Shown here piece by piece: positions 20,601 through 30,307 of a DNA stretch of 64,000 nt (positions within the stretch are counted from its first letter, which is position 1; every line of letters starts with the position of its first letter). Position numbers and translations under genes: made by a program. Under the pieces are notes generated by a model. That model saw nothing but the letters and a program-made list of their open reading frames with translations. It did no database searches and was not told the origin of the DNA. The stretch is from Promethearchaeati archaeon (lineage in GTDB: Archaea > Asgardarchaeota > Heimdallarchaeia > Heimdallarchaeales > Heimdallarchaeaceae), in NCBI GenBank assembly GCA_013166775.1, contig JABLTJ010000004.1, positions 96,001 to 160,000 of the forward strand, read 5' to 3'.

Positions 20601-23600
20601 TTGAGAATAACTCACCTGGATTGTCATTTTCAAGATATTGTGAGAGTGGTATATAATCGCTTTTAACAGCTGTTTTGTTCGCAGAAAATAGTTTCATGAA
20701 TCCTATGATTTTATTCTTTTCAGCTTGAGTACTTGAGGAAATGAGTTCTTGTACTGTTGTTATTCCAGTTTCAAAATAATCTCTTTTGATATCTGAAAGG
20801 GTATGTTCTGATATACTTGGATAATACAGGATTGAGGTTGCTAGAGCTGATCTTGTTTTATTTCGTATTTGTTGTATTTTCTTCTCTGAAACAAGCCAGT
20901 CATAAATGGAGTTTCCTGCAAGTTCATCTAGAGAATAAATTCCTATCGATTTTAAGAAATTTCTATCTGCTGTTGATAAGAAAAAGAATTCATCAGCAAT
21001 CTTTTCAGCTATTGTATCAAGCTTTTGGATTATATTATCTATTTTAAAACTATCAATCTGATTTTGTATATCAGAAACTTTTGTCTTTGTCGTTGCTGCA
21101 ACTATACTAGGGGACATAAAGAATAAATCTGCTATAATTGTAAAATCAGCTTTTTTCCATTTATCTAGAATTTTTGGATCAACTTCTAGATATTTTAGAT
21201 TTGCTAGAAGATAAGGAGCAAATTTAGTATAAATCTCTTCATCTTCCTTAAATGAAGGAGAGGTTATAAGAGCCTTATATGACGAAAATCCTTTCTGCTG
21301 TAGAAAAACTTCCAACTCAGAGAGAGGTTCGACGAATCCAGATTCTCTTATACTTTTGATCAATGAGAGAGAATCCAGAATTTCCTCTTGAATATTCTTG
21401 GGAAGTTTCTTTATGAAAATAAGATGCTCAATGATTGTAGTTAGTCCTAGGTCATAACAAAAATCAATGGATTCTTGTGTAATAGTGGACAAGTAACTAA
21501 TGTTATATGACAGTTTATCTCTCAAAGCATTAATGTCATTTGATTTCAATCGTGTATTTTTCACAATATATTCAATAGGGATGAAATACAAGTGCTCGAT
21601 TGTAGAAACACCTATTTGAAGGAGTGGAGTGGTTAATTTAGCTGACAAGCTTAATTTCTCTAATCCTATTCCCTGTTTCTTTATATTTTTAAAGAGCTTA
21701 ACTAGATAATTTGGATCTTCTTTTTGATTATCAATTAGCTTATGCAAGCTAGGAGACCAGTTCTTTGGAGGGATTTCCAACAAGTTTGTGTAGGTTATAA
21801 CACTGTTGCTTAGCAAATCCTTAATCTCAGTATGTTTGAATTTTAGAGTCTTTCCGATTAGAGTAATTGGTGTTAAGAGATAAGAAGTAAGTTTCACTAT
21901 TTTGTTACGTTCTTCATTTGAGAAAGGTAATAAATCTAGATTCAGTTTCGATGCTTGAATAAGCGAAACACAACCATAATCAGCTAAGATTTTTCTTGTA
22001 TCTTGAGATATTTCAGGAAATAGGCTTAAATCCATTCCAGTTTGTTTAACATTTTGCTCCAGAAGTTTTATATCTTGAGTTGTTTTGTTTCGAGTAACCT
22101 GCTCTTCTGGAATCTTTGTAATTGCGGAGAGTAGAGGTGTAGGAACCAATAGGAATTGGTAAAGATTCCTTATACCATGTCCCTTAATTTTATCAATTTG
22201 CTTTGTTGAAAGATTATCGACTGAAGACAAGGGAAGGCTTTTCAGAGAGAGAATCAAGGGATAAACCTCAGCTAGTAAGCTTTCATTTTCAACAATCTTG
22301 CTATCTAGTGAGAGTAGTTCATCTAAAAAGATAATTTTTTCATCTTTTAGTTTCTTTAGAATAGATGGATCAGTTATTATTTTTGTATCTTCAAGTTTAA
22401 TTGCCCAATCTGGTGGACTGAATTGAATAATACTGCTATTCAGAAATTCAGTAGTCTTCGAATACAAACTTTGATATTGTTCATTTTGAGATAAAAGTAA
22501 TAATCCTGAGATTATATTTATTCCACCTATTTGAGCAAGAGACAGCAATTGTTTAACACTTAAGGACAAGTCAGAAGTAAGCCAAGAGATTGGTTTAAAC
22601 ATATTTGAAGTTGCAATTCTTATGATTGATTTCTCAAGATCATCTAGCTCAAAAACTGGATGAGGGATGAAATCAATTATCAATAATGCGCTTGATAATC
22701 CATATTTCATAAATTGTTTTTCTGCTTTGTTTGGGAATGACAAAGAATGATCTATAAACTGTGAAAATGTTTCAGACATTTTCTTACTTAATTCAAATTC
22801 TCTCTTAAAATTCCTTATTTCTGATGTTGTTTCTTTTGAAACACCGGTTAATTCACTTAAGTTAAGTGAGAGAAGTTCTATAACATGTTTGATCCCTTTG
22901 TTCCACAAAACTGATTTTGTAGGAATACTAATGCCAGGGATGGATAATACATTCAAACATAAGAAACTGACGAGCTGTTCGATGAATGCGATGCTTGAGG
23001 TTTTTACAATCTTATCTGATTCTGTTAGTTGCATTAAAGCCTCAGGTATGAACCCAAATAAGTCCTCTGCAGCTTTTTTAGTTGGATCAAATTCCAAGGA
23101 TTTTAGTAATTGAATTATAGGTTCATTTAGCTTTAATTGAGCACCTTTAGAGAGAGTAAAAGCTCCTTTCCTAATCTTACTTATTTCTTTGGGAACAGAA
23201 CCCTCGAATGCACTTTTAAGATCTTTATCTGAGCTATTGAATAGATCTATAAGTCTAAGAATTCCTTCTCCTATCAATCTTAGTTTATCCTCTGATGAAA
23301 GCTCTTTGATTCTATAAACAGAGATATGACATCCATTGAGAAATTCTCTCATGTAATCTCCTGAAACACTTATAGAGGGATAAGCTTGATAATTCAAACT
23401 ATACAAATCTTGTACATATTCTTTTCCAGTTCTAAGTAATGAAGCAATCTTTCCTTTTGATAATACACTGAATTCTTCGAGTTTTACTCCTTTTCTGTTG
23501 ACCTCTTTCATTAGGTTTTCAGGCGTTATTCGCTCTAAAAATCGCTGGACTTTCTTTTCACTCATTTTTAGAAGAAGAGCAATTGTAGATACATCTTCAG

Positions 23601-26600
23601 TTATAAATGAGAGAATATCCCCGACTCCTGAATAAATTAGCTTGCGAACTTGGTTATTATCCAAGCCTATGAATGCAACAGAAGCTCGGTATAGTTGAAC
23701 TTCTCTGAAGATGTCAAGTTTCACTAAAGCAGGACGCGACTCTCTAATTTCTTCCATGCGGGAAATAAAGTCCTGGATTGAGTTTATTCCAATATCATTC
23801 AGTTTCTCCAGATAATCTTCCTCTATAGAGGGGCAAACAGAAAGAGGAATTGCAGAACTTATACGTCTTTCAGCAAGTTCATCAAAAGAGATAAGATCTA
23901 ATGCATGAAACTCTTGATAAATTGGATTTTGAGTGATCTGATGTAACTCGTCTTTATTTACTAATGCAAGATCAATTACTGAATTTATCTCATGAAATTC
24001 TAATCGTTTCAATTCATCATATGAAAGAAATCCAATGAATCTTATAGATCCAGAAAGAAGCTCCTTTGCTTTCTTGTATTCTTCTATTGAAAGAATTTCA
24101 GAGATACCCATAATGCTTGCAGAATAAAAGAATGATTCAATATCGGAAACACCTATGTCTTTCAGATCTTCTATCTTCTTTTCTGACAAGTACTCTGAAG
24201 GTCTTATTATATGAGCTTGAGATAAGCGGAAAGCAACTATATCGGAATAGGTTAATGCATCTTTTATTTCTCTTATTTCTTTTTGAGAATTACCAGTTAT
24301 CTCAGAAATTTGTTTTACTGGAATTGAAAAGAAATCAATTAAAGTATTAACTGAGGATTTACTTAACTTGAGAGCAATTGATCTAGGTAATCCCATAGAA
24401 GCAATAGGAATTGCAAGCTCCATGATTAACCTGTCTAACGAATCATCTTCTAATAAACGAGTATAAAATGGTTGAAGAGCAGAATGTTCTTCAAAATCAA
24501 TTTCGAAAACATCTCCAATTATTACGTTTTTGTATTCTTCTCGTCTTGCTTTTCTAATTCGAGTAAAGAACGGTGTGATTCTTAGAGGAAGCTCCAAAAT
24601 TGATCGAATTAGGGTTAAATTATAATTCTCTGTTAGATATTGTTGATCCTTCCCCATTAGGTCTTTTATAACCTTATTATCGGTAATTACATCAAATAAT
24701 GTCTTATTCTCTATATCTTGAACTACTTTCTTGAAATAAGATGAATTATAAACAGTAGCAGGGAGATTCGCAAAATAATGAAATGCCTGCATTATAATGA
24801 TTTTTGAAGAATATGTTGATACAACACGGAACAGAACAGGATCTGTAAGATCTGCATCAGGAATGAAAAGCAATTGGTAAACATAATTGATGTTATTTTG
24901 CTCAAGAATCTCCATAGAAAACTCTGAAATCTCTGTGAAAATCTTTAATGGTAGTGTTAGATACTTCTGAACTGCAGAGATTTTTTTCCATATTTCTGGA
25001 TTGGAATAATAGTATTGCTCCTCTGTTGAGTAATATAGTTCTTGGATTGTTTGAAAACGCTCAAATTGAAATATTGAATCTCTACTTAATACTCTTTGCT
25101 CATGCTTATCAAATAGTTGTGTTTCAAAGGCAAAAATACCTTTGTTTTCATAGAGAGCTTGAATGCTAGATGTTGTCAAAGTTGTTATAATTTCCTTAAC
25201 CTCTTCTGGTTGAGCTTTTATTAATTTACTAGTTTTTTGAGCTGGAGCCATAATGAATTCTGCAATAGTTTGAATTCCATTTTCTCTAAGAATTTCAGTA
25301 TTGGTAAAGGATATAGATGGTAAGAAATAAACTGGTAATGAGAAGTAACCAAAGATATCGGATAAATCTAAAGCATTCTTTATGGTTTCAAATCTTTCAT
25401 CCGCAATTCCTGTCTTTTCCATAAGTGCTTCAGGTGAGGATAACATGAATCCAAGTAGAGTGGAAATACTAGCTTTTCTTAGTATTTCGATAATCTCTGG
25501 ATCTAACATATCTGATATATGATTGAGTGGAAGGTTCAAGATTGCTTTAAAAGATTCAATAACATACCAAGGTAGAGAATCTATTGTCCATTTGTCCTTT
25601 GAAGTTGAGAAGTACAGATCCTCAATTGTGACTATATTATGTATATCTAATTCTCTTACAATCCTAGGTTCTAAAATTCCAAGTTCTGATAGATCTATTC
25701 CAGTATCACTTATTCGTACATTCTTTTGCAGTGATCTAGCTTCTTCGATTTCAATACCTAGATACTCAATTAAATCTGAGGGTTGACTAACCAGTAAATC
25801 GATAATTTTTGTTATTCCATGATTACGAAGGGTGTTCAATTGTTGAGTAGATAGAGTAGAAACTAGTATATCATCTATATAACTATCTTCTTCTGTTTCC
25901 TCATCTTTTACTGCTCTCTTAATCTCTTGTTCCCAAGTCACTAAGGTTAATGGAGAACGTAGAAGTTTCCTAAATTTTTCTATCACATTCCAATTAACAA
26001 AAGCTGATGAAAATGTGAGAGGGTTTGCAAGATAGAAGATTTTGTCTATGGTATCGTATCCAGATAGAATTAAAGAAACAATCTCAGGAGAGGAGAATCT
26101 CTCAGACTCTTCAAATTCAAATGAAATTAAGGACTCATATTTATTCCCTTTTTTCTCAAAGAAGAAGGTTCCTTGTTTTAGAATTGAAAAATTCTCAAAT
26201 AGTTGTGTTACATTTTCCTCTTCTTTTCCAAGAATGGATGCTAATTCTGCAACAGTAAAATCAAAGATTTGATGGATGGCTATTATTCCATAATTTCTCA
26301 ATTTATCATAATCATCCAAAGTGAGACCACTAATTCTTGATATCGGAAGAGCTAGACTTCGTAGAAACTCATCATACTCGCTAATAAGAACTATTTGTTT
26401 ATTAAATTCACTCTCTTCATCGATATCTCTTGTTTTAATTTTATTGTATAAATTCAAAGCTAACTTTCTTTCTTTTGTTGAACTAAGTTCTGACTCAATT
26501 ATCTCAGGAAGCAAATCTAAAAACTGTCTGATTGTTACAATATTTCTTAATTTTAACTTTAGTAATGTATTTTTTAGTTCAGGATGCTCTTTGAACTTAC

Positions 26601-29600
26601 TAGAATATATTTGAGTAAGCTCGATTAATTCAAGATTAGAAAGTTTGTTCAGACTCTCAAAATTCTTCCAAAAATCTTGAGTTAATGATGGTTTTTCAGT
26701 AGGGTAGACACTGAAAAGATCCTGCAAATTAAGGTTAAATTGATCAAAATAACTAATGAATTTTGGAAAGATTTTCTTAAATATTTCAATATCTTTTCCA
26801 AAAGTAGCTCTGTTTTTATTAATTTCTTCTGCTGAAACAGTCTTCTTGAATTCTTCTATTTTTATTTCCGATAGATTTAGAATTTCTGCTAATTCACTGT
26901 TAGACCATAGTGTGAAACGACCTATGCAGTTTATACCCACATCATATAACAGATTAGAATTCTTACGAAGAGAGGGAAAAGCAAAAATCAGAGGAGTTCG
27001 GAGGAATGTTGAGATTTCTATATATTTTTTCTTGTTTTCTGATGATAAAGAATAGGCTTCTGGAGGATTATAAAACAGCTCTTCTAAGGTAACAATTCCT
27101 TCTGTTTTAAAGAATTCAGGTTCATCAATCCAAGAGGGTATAGGTACCCCCAGTTTCTTCTTAATCCACTCAATATCTTTTTTACGTAAACCAACTTTAC
27201 GTAATTGGGGAGAAGGATAAGCTAAGAAAGAAGAGGTTGTAAAAATTTGAAGAGCAGTCAAGTCTCTTTCAATATCTTGAGGTATGATTTTTATGTGAGA
27301 GAGATCTTTATCCTGTTTGGTCTCCCTAATATGAGATAAGAGTTTATATTTAGATTCTTTAAGTAAGAAATCGCGAAGCGATGCAAATTTCTTGTTATGA
27401 ATTGAATTTACTGGTAAATAAATTAAATCCAATAAAGTTGAGATCTTGTTTGTAGCTAGAATCTTCTTGACTTCTGATTCTTCTTGGTTTAAACTTTCAT
27501 CTGTTGTAAATTGTAACTTTGATAAAGAAATAGACTTCGAAGAAGAAGAAAGGATATCCATATAAGATGCATAGAGTTTTCGTTCAAGTTCTTTGATTAC
27601 TATTAGTTCATCAAGATTAGTATTCAGAAAATTCTCGATTGTTTTTATTTTTCTCCTGTGGAAAGCGTTCTTAGTATATGCATCCGTCCAATCAGGAGTC
27701 ATTTTAGTAATATTTGTTTTAGCAAAATCTGGGAATTTATCACATAATTGGGAATAAACATTCTGCATATAATTTACTAATATTGCAGTAATTTCTGCTT
27801 GATAATTTATAGTAGTAGGTAGTTTAGTTTGAAAGAGAAACTCCTCGATAGTTGTTTCTTGAGCGATTAAACCCTTAGAATTATCCTTTAGGTAATCAAA
27901 CGATGGGAATAAAGTCTGTATTTTTAGGTCTGTTGTTTTAGTCAAGGAAGCTATTAGTTGCTTACCTTCGGAGGAAATTGCAGCACCATTTTTCTTATTC
28001 CTATTGAGTAAAAACTGATGTAACAAATCTTCCCTCATATTTTCAAAAAGCTTCTCTGGTAAACCCGCAACTGATTGAAGTTTATAAAAATCAGTAGCAA
28101 AGTAATGATAACTATTTTGTATCCAACGTCTATACAAAGAGTCCTTTAAAGAATCAAATGATTTTCCATTGTCTGAAATAAATCTTTTTTCTATGGTTCT
28201 ACTCACAAAGATTTTAGGATCAAATCCTGGACTCATACCTTCCCTATCTAGTTCTGATATTGTTCTCAATTTTATGTTGTAAATATCCTCTTCAGAGAGC
28301 GATAGAAGAGTTACAAGTTCTTTTGAAGGGGTAATAAGAAAATCTGCAACAGACTCAATTTCTTTTGATTTCAAAGCTGATTGTATTCTTGAAGGACACC
28401 ATACATTGGCTCCAAAAAGTCTTTTTCCTAAAGGCATGAAGAGTTTGACTTTTTTCGTTGCTCCATGAGCAAGCGCTGCTGCAATTCGATCTGTTTCCAA
28501 CCTGAAATCAGTATAGCTTAGATCTTCATCTTCCAATATTTTTGTTAGATTCTCAACAATTATTGGAGCTGATCTAACAAAACGAGATAATCTTGCATGT
28601 TCTCTTCGTTTTCTTTTTGCTCTACTAAGAAAGGTCTTTAATCTTCTTCCTAATTGCATTAGAGCTAATCTAATTTCTTCCTCAATCTCTGGAACAATAG
28701 ATACATATTCCTTGCTAGTTTCTGGGAAGGGTATTTTTGTACTAACTAATGAAACAGCAATTGCTAATGGATCAGATTGTCTAGTAAGACCATAATCACT
28801 CCACCTTATTGAAGAGACAACATGTGTAATAACATCGTTCCCAGCACCAAAAACAAGAGGGATTCGATTAGCATAACGATATATTATCTTATTATCTGTT
28901 ACTGTCGCACCTTTTACTTGTGATGCTTCAGCTACTCCTCCACCATATCCTAATGCTGCTTCAATAACAAATGGATGTCCAGAGTAAGCTTTTGGAGCTC
29001 GAGTGATAGCTTCTACGAATTTTGGCTGTAATTCTTTTTCCAAACCTTTCCTTAATCGGTTTGATCCTAGAGGTGAAAGAGCTGTTCCTCTTGGGGCATC
29101 AAACTGGAAAATTCTATCTCTTTTTCTCTTTACATCTTTAGCTTCTTGATATGCTTTCACGAATCCTTCATGAACAATTCTTCGAATCTCATGAGATGTG
29201 ATATCTTTTGGGGATTTGTTTGGATCTATCTCTAGGAGCTGGAAGAAATGCTCTGCTATTTCCTCATTCACTCCCATAAATTGTGTGGCTAGAAATTCCT
29301 TCAATTTCTTGCTTCTAGTCACTGCTAATTCAGCTTTAAACTGTGTAATATCACACCCCCAAGGATGAATTTTCACTGGTTGAGGAGGTGGAGGCATATC
29401 ATCGACAACACTCTCATAGTCCAACTCCTCTGTTTCTCCTTCCTTGTCACCTGGTAATCTAACTTTGAAGCTTGAGTAAGGAGTAATAATTGCTAACTGT
29501 TTGAAATACTCCTTCACACTATTTTTCGCTAATCTCCAAGCACCTGTAAATGTAATTGAAATTTCCAAACCTGGTTCTTCCAAATAATTAGGATCTCCTG

Positions 29601-30138
29601 GAAGATATTCATGCTGTTCCATAATAATTGGTTCATTCTTTTCCAGGTTAATCATCAAGTGCATTTCATGGGTTATATCGTCCATGAAATACCTACTACG
29701 AATCTTAGCGGGGAGATCTACAGAAGACATTGAATAAAGCAAACACATTTTTGCTCCTAAACCGAATCTTCCACGTGTCTGAATAACACCATATTTAGTT
29801 CCTGTTAAAACTCTCCCAAATAGATCTGCAATCTCATTACCAGGAACTCCAACACCATTATCTCTGCATGATAATTGAAGAAAATCTAAATGCTTTTCCA
29901 GTTTCTTGTATTGTGTTACATCCAATAGCTCATTAATTTCTCTACTGGATAATTTTCTTAAATCAATAGAAATAATTGGACTAGTTCCTCTCTTTTCTGC
30001 TGAATCCAAGCCATTTTCAACTAATTCTCTTATGCTAGTAAAGACTGCTCTCATAGAATTTCCAAAGCCTGCAATAGCTCTATTCTCATTAAAAAAAGCT
30101 GCTGCAGACATCTTCTTTGTGATAGAATTTTCAGACAC
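17626..30138 (-). CDS. top6B: giant DNA topoisomerase VI subunit B (4170 aa) with about 3500 aa of HhH-like repeats
   Basis: First ~560 aa: ELVENGLD, DNGVG, GRFGLGAK, KIHPWG, H2TH, RYANRIPL, STKIPF..SKE; uninterrupted frame; adjacent to top6A. Confidence 0.93.
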   Translation of the reverse strand: MSENSITKKMSAAAFFNENRAIAGFGNSMRAVFTSIRELVENGLDSAEKRGTSPIISIDLRKLSSREINELLDVTQYKKLEKHLDFLQLSCRDNGVGVPGNEIADLFGRVLTGTKYGVIQTRGRFGLGAKMCLLYSMSSVDLPAKIRSRYFMDDITHEMHLMINLEKNEPIIMEQHEYLPGDPNYLEEPGLEISITFTGAWRLAKNSVKEYFKQLAIITPYSSFKVRLPGDKEGETEELDYESVVDDMPPPPQPVKIHPWGCDITQFKAELAVTRSKKLKEFLATQFMGVNEEIAEHFFQLLEIDPNKSPKDITSHEIRRIVHEGFVKAYQEAKDVKRKRDRIFQFDAPRGTALSPLGSNRLRKGLEKELQPKFVEAITRAPKAYSGHPFVIEAALGYGGGVAEASQVKGATVTDNKIIYRYANRIPLVFGAGNDVITHVVSSIRWSDYGLTRQSDPLAIAVSLVSTKIPFPETSKEYVSIVPEIEEEIRLALMQLGRRLKTFLSRAKRKRREHARLSRFVRSAPIIVENLTKILEDEDLSYTDFRLETDRIAAALAHGATKKVKLFMPLGKRLFGANVWCPSRIQSALKSKEIESVADFLITPSKELVTLLSLSEEDIYNIKLRTISELDREGMSPGFDPKIFVSRTIEKRFISDNGKSFDSLKDSLYRRWIQNSYHYFATDFYKLQSVAGLPEKLFENMREDLLHQFLLNRNKKNGAAISSEGKQLIASLTKTTDLKIQTLFPSFDYLKDNSKGLIAQETTIEEFLFQTKLPTTINYQAEITAILVNYMQNVYSQLCDKFPDFAKTNITKMTPDWTDAYTKNAFHRRKIKTIENFLNTNLDELIVIKELERKLYASYMDILSSSSKSISLSKLQFTTDESLNQEESEVKKILATNKISTLLDLIYLPVNSIHNKKFASLRDFLLKESKYKLLSHIRETKQDKDLSHIKIIPQDIERDLTALQIFTTSSFLAYPSPQLRKVGLRKKDIEWIKKKLGVPIPSWIDEPEFFKTEGIVTLEELFYNPPEAYSLSSENKKKYIEISTFLRTPLIFAFPSLRKNSNLLYDVGINCIGRFTLWSNSELAEILNLSEIKIEEFKKTVSAEEINKNRATFGKDIEIFKKIFPKFISYFDQFNLNLQDLFSVYPTEKPSLTQDFWKNFESLNKLSNLELIELTQIYSSKFKEHPELKNTLLKLKLRNIVTIRQFLDLLPEIIESELSSTKERKLALNLYNKIKTRDIDEESEFNKQIVLISEYDEFLRSLALPISRISGLTLDDYDKLRNYGIIAIHQIFDFTVAELASILGKEEENVTQLFENFSILKQGTFFFEKKGNKYESLISFEFEESERFSSPEIVSLILSGYDTIDKIFYLANPLTFSSAFVNWNVIEKFRKLLRSPLTLVTWEQEIKRAVKDEETEEDSYIDDILVSTLSTQQLNTLRNHGITKIIDLLVSQPSDLIEYLGIEIEEARSLQKNVRISDTGIDLSELGILEPRIVRELDIHNIVTIEDLYFSTSKDKWTIDSLPWYVIESFKAILNLPLNHISDMLDPEIIEILRKASISTLLGFMLSSPEALMEKTGIADERFETIKNALDLSDIFGYFSLPVYFLPSISFTNTEILRENGIQTIAEFIMAPAQKTSKLIKAQPEEVKEIITTLTTSSIQALYENKGIFAFETQLFDKHEQRVLSRDSIFQFERFQTIQELYYSTEEQYYYSNPEIWKKISAVQKYLTLPLKIFTEISEFSMEILEQNNINYVYQLLFIPDADLTDPVLFRVVSTYSSKIIIMQAFHYFANLPATVYNSSYFKKVVQDIENKTLFDVITDNKVIKDLMGKDQQYLTENYNLTLIRSILELPLRITPFFTRIRKARREEYKNVIIGDVFEIDFEEHSALQPFYTRLLEDDSLDRLIMELAIPIASMGLPRSIALKLSKSSVNTLIDFFSIPVKQISEITGNSQKEIREIKDALTYSDIVAFRLSQAHIIRPSEYLSEKKIEDLKDIGVSDIESFFYSASIMGISEILSIEEYKKAKELLSGSIRFIGFLSYDELKRLEFHEINSVIDLALVNKDELHQITQNPIYQEFHALDLISFDELAERRISSAIPLSVCPSIEEDYLEKLNDIGINSIQDFISRMEEIRESRPALVKLDIFREVQLYRASVAFIGLDNNQVRKLIYSGVGDILSFITEDVSTIALLLKMSEKKVQRFLERITPENLMKEVNRKGVKLEEFSVLSKGKIASLLRTGKEYVQDLYSLNYQAYPSISVSGDYMREFLNGCHISVYRIKELSSEDKLRLIGEGILRLIDLFNSSDKDLKSAFEGSVPKEISKIRKGAFTLSKGAQLKLNEPIIQLLKSLEFDPTKKAAEDLFGFIPEALMQLTESDKIVKTSSIAFIEQLVSFLCLNVLSIPGISIPTKSVLWNKGIKHVIELLSLNLSELTGVSKETTSEIRNFKREFELSKKMSETFSQFIDHSLSFPNKAEKQFMKYGLSSALLIIDFIPHPVFELDDLEKSIIRIATSNMFKPISWLTSDLSLSVKQLLSLAQIGGINIISGLLLLSQNEQYQSLYSKTTEFLNSSIIQFSPPDWAIKLEDTKIITDPSILKKLKDEKIIFLDELLSLDSKIVENESLLAEVYPLILSLKSLPLSSVDNLSTKQIDKIKGHGIRNLYQFLLVPTPLLSAITKIPEEQVTRNKTTQDIKLLEQNVKQTGMDLSLFPEISQDTRKILADYGCVSLIQASKLNLDLLPFSNEERNKIVKLTSYLLTPITLIGKTLKFKHTEIKDLLSNSVITYTNLLEIPPKNWSPSLHKLIDNQKEDPNYLVKLFKNIKKQGIGLEKLSLSAKLTTPLLQIGVSTIEHLYFIPIEYIVKNTRLKSNDINALRDKLSYNISYLSTITQESIDFCYDLGLTTIIEHLIFIKKLPKNIQEEILDSLSLIKSIRESGFVEPLSELEVFLQQKGFSSYKALITSPSFKEDEEIYTKFAPYLLANLKYLEVDPKILDKWKKADFTIIADLFFMSPSIVAATTKTKVSDIQNQIDSFKIDNIIQKLDTIAEKIADEFFFLSTADRNFLKSIGIYSLDELAGNSIYDWLVSEKKIQQIRNKTRSALATSILYYPSISEHTLSDIKRDYFETGITTVQELISSSTQAEKNKIIGFMKLFSANKTAVKSDYIPLSQYLENDNPGELFSKKVSVSNVNTVVDLVTVLEQNKDSLSILGHKINQSFQNPVSSLSFLSKSDTENLALKGVFTVGELIIKPGSFWTNLTPASFKEAIITSLTSLSYKKIETDVSKKVQLSKIKIFDAETKKETLKHYSTMDDLIYSLKQENYPISRALGNKIQRRLNTPIQLLLFPNVTIKSWQRLLQSIKTIEDLYLLTNKELSSILSLKQTEVEKLRYSLTEGNIGHHPIIKENKLFSKKDIDILKQKDIKTYVDLFEKKVKLEKVPNYILDKIKIFKQLNLKDFDSTSEFSLSILDLAYLAPSIDKMTMEKKQRDSISTVINFIFSKGLPLSQILNLESKDQKLEMSDSTIEYLLLLEKHKTAIYDQTKSHLHSKISKRFKELVPFLSRSPILLAPTRNSIDQVAKLPYRNIRELLLEDSIKIKKQISETTFLRNLRNISISLLNDLEKELTNLPSELLSGSNISQLESNTIYSIEEAIIFNRQSSAKTSSLWKLTETVCSMVETELLSLPPIRQSKNIQKLVSELKLVNIYDLLLYCKSTTPESDKLSCANLLPKLSSTKVERMLDDEQKRLSSFIRGSELAPFLRKQKIRSFGTLIKHLENTEIADYEPELVELVIALRAPINLFVNQERLISKLEVAGIVQVIDFIVVPDVRKVVKMSLTEQEQTIVQKLQSSLSLLSIKDALVNKSYPVDKIGLFDKNTKKLLKISGYTTIAHLKASEELIASTSRLNKLQISRIQKLLETPIYYLTDMIKINAQSVFLLHSKNINNLWDLFATLVQQLSKIITLPVKDLRSLYASLNPESLKQAEKDQVEIRKTLPHITEGNIAQLKGSSITTLQALLMPDTEMKNSTSLKDPNVKKLIGILEQPIGTLEIKPEVIKQIKQLGITTIKDFVVYPAAQLDEKTDLSYMAIKSLKSRLPPKKVKVIKKTSTSKPVTKKATPKKAGSTSVKPKTSVTTKSADRKSAKARQTTLLDMTKSNKNTTTVKKSSNTQKKEGN
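17631..17640 (-). promoter_or_regulatory. Shine-Dalgarno site for top6A within the end of top6B
   Basis: AAGGAGGGTA 7 nt before the top6A ATG; stop-to-start gap of 2 bp implies translational coupling. Confidence 0.65.
17870..28440 (-). repeat. protein-level tandem array of ~60-aa HhH/SAM-like repeats
   Basis: Recurrent L..(G/N)I.T(I/V).(D/E)(L/F) motif preceded by L..P(I/L)..L, e.g. EGIVTLEELF, HGITKIIDLL, NGIQTIAEFI, IGINSIQDFI, IGVSTIEHLY, TGITTVQELI, LGITTIKDFV; no DNA-level identity seen. Confidence 0.8.
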
Positions 30139-30307
30139 GTTGTCTACCCCACTTTATAACTCATATTTAACTTTCTATTATATTACATTAATTATAGTCT
30201 TACACGAGTATATAGTTTACAGAATCAGATATCTATATTTAAAGTTAAATTTTACCGGCAAAAATTGTTAAAATTAAGAAAATGGAAAAAGAAAAGAAGG
30301 AGAGGTG

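Noticed and set aside
17648-27055. Many short plus-strand ORFs inside top6B, and similar antisense ORFs inside other genes
   Set aside because: Shadow frames of long, motif-supported genes; no independent motifs
17626-30138. Inteins as the explanation for Top6B length
   Set aside because: The extra sequence is C-terminal to an uninterrupted core; no LAGLIDADG or HN-C/S/T splice motifs were recognised
30165-30250. 10-bp inverted repeat atttaacttt/aaagttaaat upstream of top6B
   Set aside because: Almost all A/T in an AT-rich promoter region with a 66-bp spacer; plausible by chance
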